Origin: an uncultured delta proteobacterium
GTDB taxonomy: Bacteria > Myxococcota_A > Polyangia > Polyangiales > Houyiibacteriaceae
Length of the DNA stretch: 64,000 nucleotides
Assembly: GCA_963699755.1 (NCBI GenBank)
Contig: CAVOVB010000001.1
Coordinates: 1,376,001-1,440,000, forward strand
Reading direction: 5' to 3'
A program made the position numbers and the translations under genes. Below the pieces are notes generated by a model. That model worked only from the letters and a program-made list of their open reading frames with translations. It was not told where the DNA came from and ran no database searches. Shown here piece after piece: positions 60,493-64,000 of the stretch (within the stretch, counting starts at the first letter, position 1; the number at the start of each line of letters is the position of its first letter).

Positions 60493-61607
60493 TCAAGTAC
60501 ATCGGCTCGAAACGGGTACTCGTACCGCACATCGTGCGCGCCGTTTCGGCGTTTCCCGAATCGGGACGCGTGCTCGACTTGTTTTCCGGCACCTCACGGG
60601 TAGCGCGTGGGCTCAAGCAAACGGGCCGTTACGTGATCGCGAACGACCACTTGGCATACGCGTCGACGCTCGCCCTTTGTTATGTGCAGGCCGACGCCGA
60701 TCGCTGGCACGACGAAGCGCGGCAACTGGTCACGCAGCTTTCGCAAGTCAAACCAGAAGCTGGCTACTTCACCAAAGCGTTCTGCGAGGATGCCCGGTAT
60801 TTCCAACCCAAGAACGGCGCACGCATCGACGCCATTCGCGAAGAGATCGTCAGTCGCAACTTGCCCAGCGAGCTAGAGGCGATCGCCCTGGTGTCGCTCA
60901 TGGAAGCTGCCGATCGCGTCGATTCCACGACGGGTGTGCAAATGGCCTACTTGAAACAGTGGGCCTCGCGGGCGTCCAACGATCTCGAGCTTCGGATTCC
61001 GGCGATTCTCCCAGGTCCTGGCGAAGCTCTACAGCTCGATGCGGTCGAGGCGGCGTCGCGGGTCCAGGCGGACATCGCCTATGTCGACCCGCCGTACAAC
61101 CAGCACAGCTATATGGGCAACTATCACATTTGGGAAAGCCTGGTGCGCTGGGACAAGCCCGACACGTACGGGATCGCGAACAAGCGCGTGCACTGCAAGG
61201 AATACAAAAGCGACTTCAACTCCAAGCGTCGCATCCGACAGGGGCTAGAAGCGGTTTTCGAAGCAGTGCGCTGCAAGCACCTCCTCGTCTCATTCAACAA
61301 CGAAGGGCACGTTGACCCTGAAGAGATGATCGAGCTCCTGTCCAAACGAGGGCATGTCGGCGTCGTCGCCGTCGACTTCAAACGATACGTAGGGGCGCAG
61401 ATCGGTATCCACAATCCGAACGGCGAGAAAGTCGGCCGTGTAAGCCACTTACGAAACAAGGAGTACCTCTTCGTCGTGAGCACTCTCCGAAACACGGTTG
61501 ATTCGGTGGTCGAGGCCATCGAGTCGAGCATCGAAAGTGCGGCGCTTGCGTCGCGACCGCAGAAGCGCAAAAGGAAGGGTCATGAATCTGAACGACGTGT
61601 TGAGTGA
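60489..61607 (+). CDS. D12-class N6-adenine DNA methyltransferase (orphan)
   Basis: KYIGSK, DLFSGT, ND, YVDPPY. Confidence 0.92.
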   Translation: MIKYIGSKRVLVPHIVRAVSAFPESGRVLDLFSGTSRVARGLKQTGRYVIANDHLAYASTLALCYVQADADRWHDEARQLVTQLSQVKPEAGYFTKAFCEDARYFQPKNGARIDAIREEIVSRNLPSELEAIALVSLMEAADRVDSTTGVQMAYLKQWASRASNDLELRIPAILPGPGEALQLDAVEAASRVQADIAYVDPPYNQHSYMGNYHIWESLVRWDKPDTYGIANKRVHCKEYKSDFNSKRRIRQGLEAVFEAVRCKHLLVSFNNEGHVDPEEMIELLSKRGHVGVVAVDFKRYVGAQIGIHNPNGEKVGRVSHLRNKEYLFVVSTLRNTVDSVVEAIESSIESAALASRPQKRKRKGHESERRVE

Positions 61608-62016
61608 CGACGCCCAGCGGGCGTCGATCGTAGAGGATGTGTGCCGCTTGGTGGACGACGAGGTCGCGAAGCAAAAGGGTATCAGCGGGGTCGCGGTCAA
61701 AGCGGGCTACAAGTTGGTCCAAGGCGTGAGGCCTGGGTTCGTGCGCAGGGTCGTGGAATCATTGCTTCCAGAGTTTGCGGCGGCGCTCGAGCCGATTCGG
61801 GAGCAAGCCGAATCGCAGGGGCAATCGGTCGGAAGCTACTTCAGCGCGCACACACAGGAAGTCGCCGAGGCTCTCCTCGCTGTCACCGACGGCCGAGCTC
61901 AAAGCTCCGACCACAGCTCAGTCAAGGGTGCGTATGGCAAGCTCCGCGGCTCGGCCCGCAAGAACGTCGAAAGAGCCGTCCCCGGCCTGGGCGAAATCGT
62001 CGAGAAATACACCTGA
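61582..62016 (+). CDS. Conserved helical hypothetical protein (DUF6918-like)
   Basis: GISGVAVKAGYK..RPGF..LLPEF..VAEALLAVTD. Confidence 0.75.
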   Translation: MNLNDVLSDDAQRASIVEDVCRLVDDEVAKQKGISGVAVKAGYKLVQGVRPGFVRRVVESLLPEFAAALEPIREQAESQGQSVGSYFSAHTQEVAEALLAVTDGRAQSSDHSSVKGAYGKLRGSARKNVERAVPGLGEIVEKYT

Positions 62017-62469
62017 ATGCAGTACTTCGAAGATATTCAGGTTGGGGATACCAGGGAGTCGCGCGAGGACTACGAGCTAACCGCGGAAGAGATCGTGAGC
62101 TTCTGCTCGAAGTGGGATCCGCTTCCTTTTCATGTCGACGAGGAGGCCGCGGCGGCGACCCCCGTCGGGAGGCTCTTCACTTCCGCGATTCACTCGGTGG
62201 CGATCGCGATTCGTCTCGGACATCAGATGCAGACCGAGCCAGCGGCGACCGTCATGGGGCTCGGCTGGGACGAGGTTCGCTTTGATACGCCGGCATGCGT
62301 GGGCGATCGCCTTCGACTTCGCGGAGAGATCATCGAGACGCGCGTATCGGAGAGCAAGCCGGGCCTCGGGATCATTCGAAGCCTGTTGACGCTCAGCAAC
62401 CAGCGAGGCGAAACCGTGATCAGGCTCAAAGCCGCGGCGCTGATTCGGCAACGGCCTCAGCAGACCTAG
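62017..62469 (+). CDS. MaoC-family hotdog dehydratase
   Basis: YFED, WDPLPFHVDEEAA, LGWDEVRF, SNQRGE. Confidence 0.9.
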   Translation: MQYFEDIQVGDTRESREDYELTAEEIVSFCSKWDPLPFHVDEEAAAATPVGRLFTSAIHSVAIAIRLGHQMQTEPAATVMGLGWDEVRFDTPACVGDRLRLRGEIIETRVSESKPGLGIIRSLLTLSNQRGETVIRLKAAALIRQRPQQT

Positions 62470-63289
62470 CCTTCGCGAGCATCTCGGCCACAGCATCTCG
62501 ACTCCGGTCGCGCAGCTCGGTGACCGCTTCGGGTTCTTCGAGCTCGGGGTTCGGGTAGAGTGGCTTGCCGATATGCACGGTGACCAGGCGATCCTCGGGG
62601 TCTTTGCTAGCTCCCGTGTCGACCTCGTCCCGTGACATCAGTGCAAACGTCCCGCTGATCGCGACCGGCACCACCGGCTTCCCGGCCAAGACCGCGGCCT
62701 GAAACGCGCCGGTCTTGAACGACTTGAGCTTGCCATCCGCGGTACGGGTCCCCTCGGGAAAGACTAGGAGCGGCTTTTCGCCCCGGAGCACGCTCTCGAA
62801 TGCCTCGGTGACGGCGGCGGCCGCGTCTTTGCCTTTGTTGCGGTCTACCGGCACGTGTCCGGCCAGCCTCAGGTGCCAGCCGAGAAACGGAATGTTCATC
62901 ACCGAGCGCTTGGCGGCCCATTTGAAATCGCCCGGAAGCGAGGCCCCGAGCACGAGGATATCGACTAGGCTCTCGTGGTTGCTCACGTAGACGAAGCCGC
63001 CGTCGGGAACGTTCTTCTGGCCTGTCGCTTCGATGTAAATACGAAGGCCCTTGGCGCAAGACTGGCTCCACTTCTTCGCCGCCCAGGTCGAAGCCGCGCC
63101 CCCGCTGATCGGTCCCGCGGTGATCGATACGATGACCCAGCCGACGGTGCGGGCTCCAAACGGAACCCACTGCTGCACCCAGCGCCCGCGCTGGCTCCAA
63201 CCCATTTCACCGCCTTTGCGGAAGATCCCCCACTCGGTGCGCGCCCATTCCACTGTGTCCCTGAGCCCCATTCTGAGCCTGTTTACCAC
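62426..63289 (-). CDS. 1-acyl-glycerol-3-phosphate acyltransferase (PlsC family)
   Basis: NHESLVD, VDR, FPEGTR, FKTGAF; start uncertain (63289 or 63271). Confidence 0.92.
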   Translation of the reverse strand: MVNRLRMGLRDTVEWARTEWGIFRKGGEMGWSQRGRWVQQWVPFGARTVGWVIVSITAGPISGGAASTWAAKKWSQSCAKGLRIYIEATGQKNVPDGGFVYVSNHESLVDILVLGASLPGDFKWAAKRSVMNIPFLGWHLRLAGHVPVDRNKGKDAAAAVTEAFESVLRGEKPLLVFPEGTRTADGKLKSFKTGAFQAAVLAGKPVVPVAISGTFALMSRDEVDTGASKDPEDRLVTVHIGKPLYPNPELEEPEAVTELRDRSRDAVAEMLAKARSAEAVAESAPRL

Positions 63290-63324
63290 TCCCCTCGGAC
63301 CATTGAAAGCAACCCGCGCCGCGT

Positions 63325-64000
63325 TCAGGTCATCGTTTGAACCGGACTCGGCGGAACATCGGAAAGATCGAGCGTTTCGGGAAGAGGCCGATACGGAAAC
63401 TGGAAATTCACGGATTTGGCATAGCTATAGAGCGGTGGTCCGTACGAAGTGAAGGGTGTTGGCGCGGAACCCAAAGCCCTCACCGCGCGGCGGTTGTCAT
63501 AGACCATGTCGGCCGCAACGTAGGGGATGAACACACTGAGCAGTGCTCCGATGCGTCGGAGAGGCCCGAGCCTCGAAACCCTGGCGAGCGCGTCCATCGT
63601 GCGTGCGAAGGGTACGGCAAGCCCACCCGCGAAACTTGGCGTCCGTTTTCCGAGTGAAACCGAAAACGCTTCTGCGATTTCTCCAATCGACCGCGCTTCG
63701 CTGCCCGAGCTGAGGTGGTAGGTCTCGTGTTCGAGGTCCTCGCGTAGGTGCAGCTCGGCGATGCCGTGGCCTACCCAGTCGGCGTTCACGACGTCGAGAC
63801 GAATGTCGCGATCGAGTGGCAAGATTGGCAGGTCGGTCAGTGCGCAGAGTGCCCGTACCATATCAAACTGCGTCGTCTCCGGGAAACGCGAGTCCCCGAT
63901 GACGCTGCTAGGGCGAAGAACCAGGCAAGGCACGTCTGGCAAGAGCTCTCGCACCATGTGCTCGCAGAATTTCTTGGTCCGCGTGTACGGATTGAAATCA
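63325..64000 (-). CDS. Fatty acyl-CoA reductase-like SDR (5'-truncated by window edge)
   Basis: NPYTRTK (YxxxK), LRPSSVIGDS, DVVNADWV. Confidence 0.8.
   Translation of the reverse strand, partial: DFNPYTRTKKFCEHMVRELLPDVPCLVLRPSSVIGDSRFPETTQFDMVRALCALTDLPILPLDRDIRLDVVNADWVGHGIAELHLREDLEHETYHLSSGSEARSIGEIAEAFSVSLGKRTPSFAGGLAVPFARTMDALARVSRLGPLRRIGALLSVFIPYVAADMVYDNRRAVRALGSAPTPFTSYGPPLYSYAKSVNFQFPYRPLPETLDLSDVPPSPVQTMT

Noticed and set aside
1..64000. Long antisense and alternate-frame ORFs (e.g. 1600-2796 -, 3461-4678 -, 31156-32436 -, 40836-42182 -)
   Set aside because: These are shadow ORFs expected from GC-rich codon bias opposite well-supported genes, and they have no recognisable motifs.
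1..64000. CRISPR array, IS element, integrase, prophage or rRNA
   Set aside because: No regular repeat-spacer array or mobile-element protein motifs were seen. The four boxes at 57.5 kb are degenerate palindromes with uneven short spacing, not CRISPR repeats.

Overview
GC-rich bacterial chromosome segment. A MYXO-CTERM protein, an FHA hybrid kinase and Cys-rich lipoproteins suggest Myxococcota, probably Polyangia (inference). 1-9.7 kb holds the distal S10/spc/alpha ribosomal cluster (rplP to rplQ with secY, adk, a divergent infA, rpmJ and rpoA; no map or rpsD). The rest is mixed housekeeping and accessory genes: a divergent Rieske oxygenase / sterol-desaturase pair; rpmE-DUF1385-prfA; merR-lonN-ribA; a translationally coupled class-III aminotransferase-luxE-luxC operon; tRNA-Phe; a malyl-CoA lyase / thioesterase / CoA-ligase / ferredoxin cluster; a stand-alone EF-G; MacAB-TolC; a thermonuclease / lamin-tail / ComEA-HhH beta-barrel operon; 4-hydroxybutyryl-CoA dehydratase; TetR with four operator-like boxes; and an FHA hybrid kinase coupled to an orphan adenine methyltransferase. 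No IS, prophage, rRNA or CRISPR array was seen. The best candidates for undescribed systems are a surface DNA capture/degradation/uptake operon (49.4-54.3 kb), an acyl-to-aldehyde-to-amine pathway (23.1-26.6 kb) and a bistable RNA leader upstream of rpmE. All family calls come from motif recognition by eye, not database searches.
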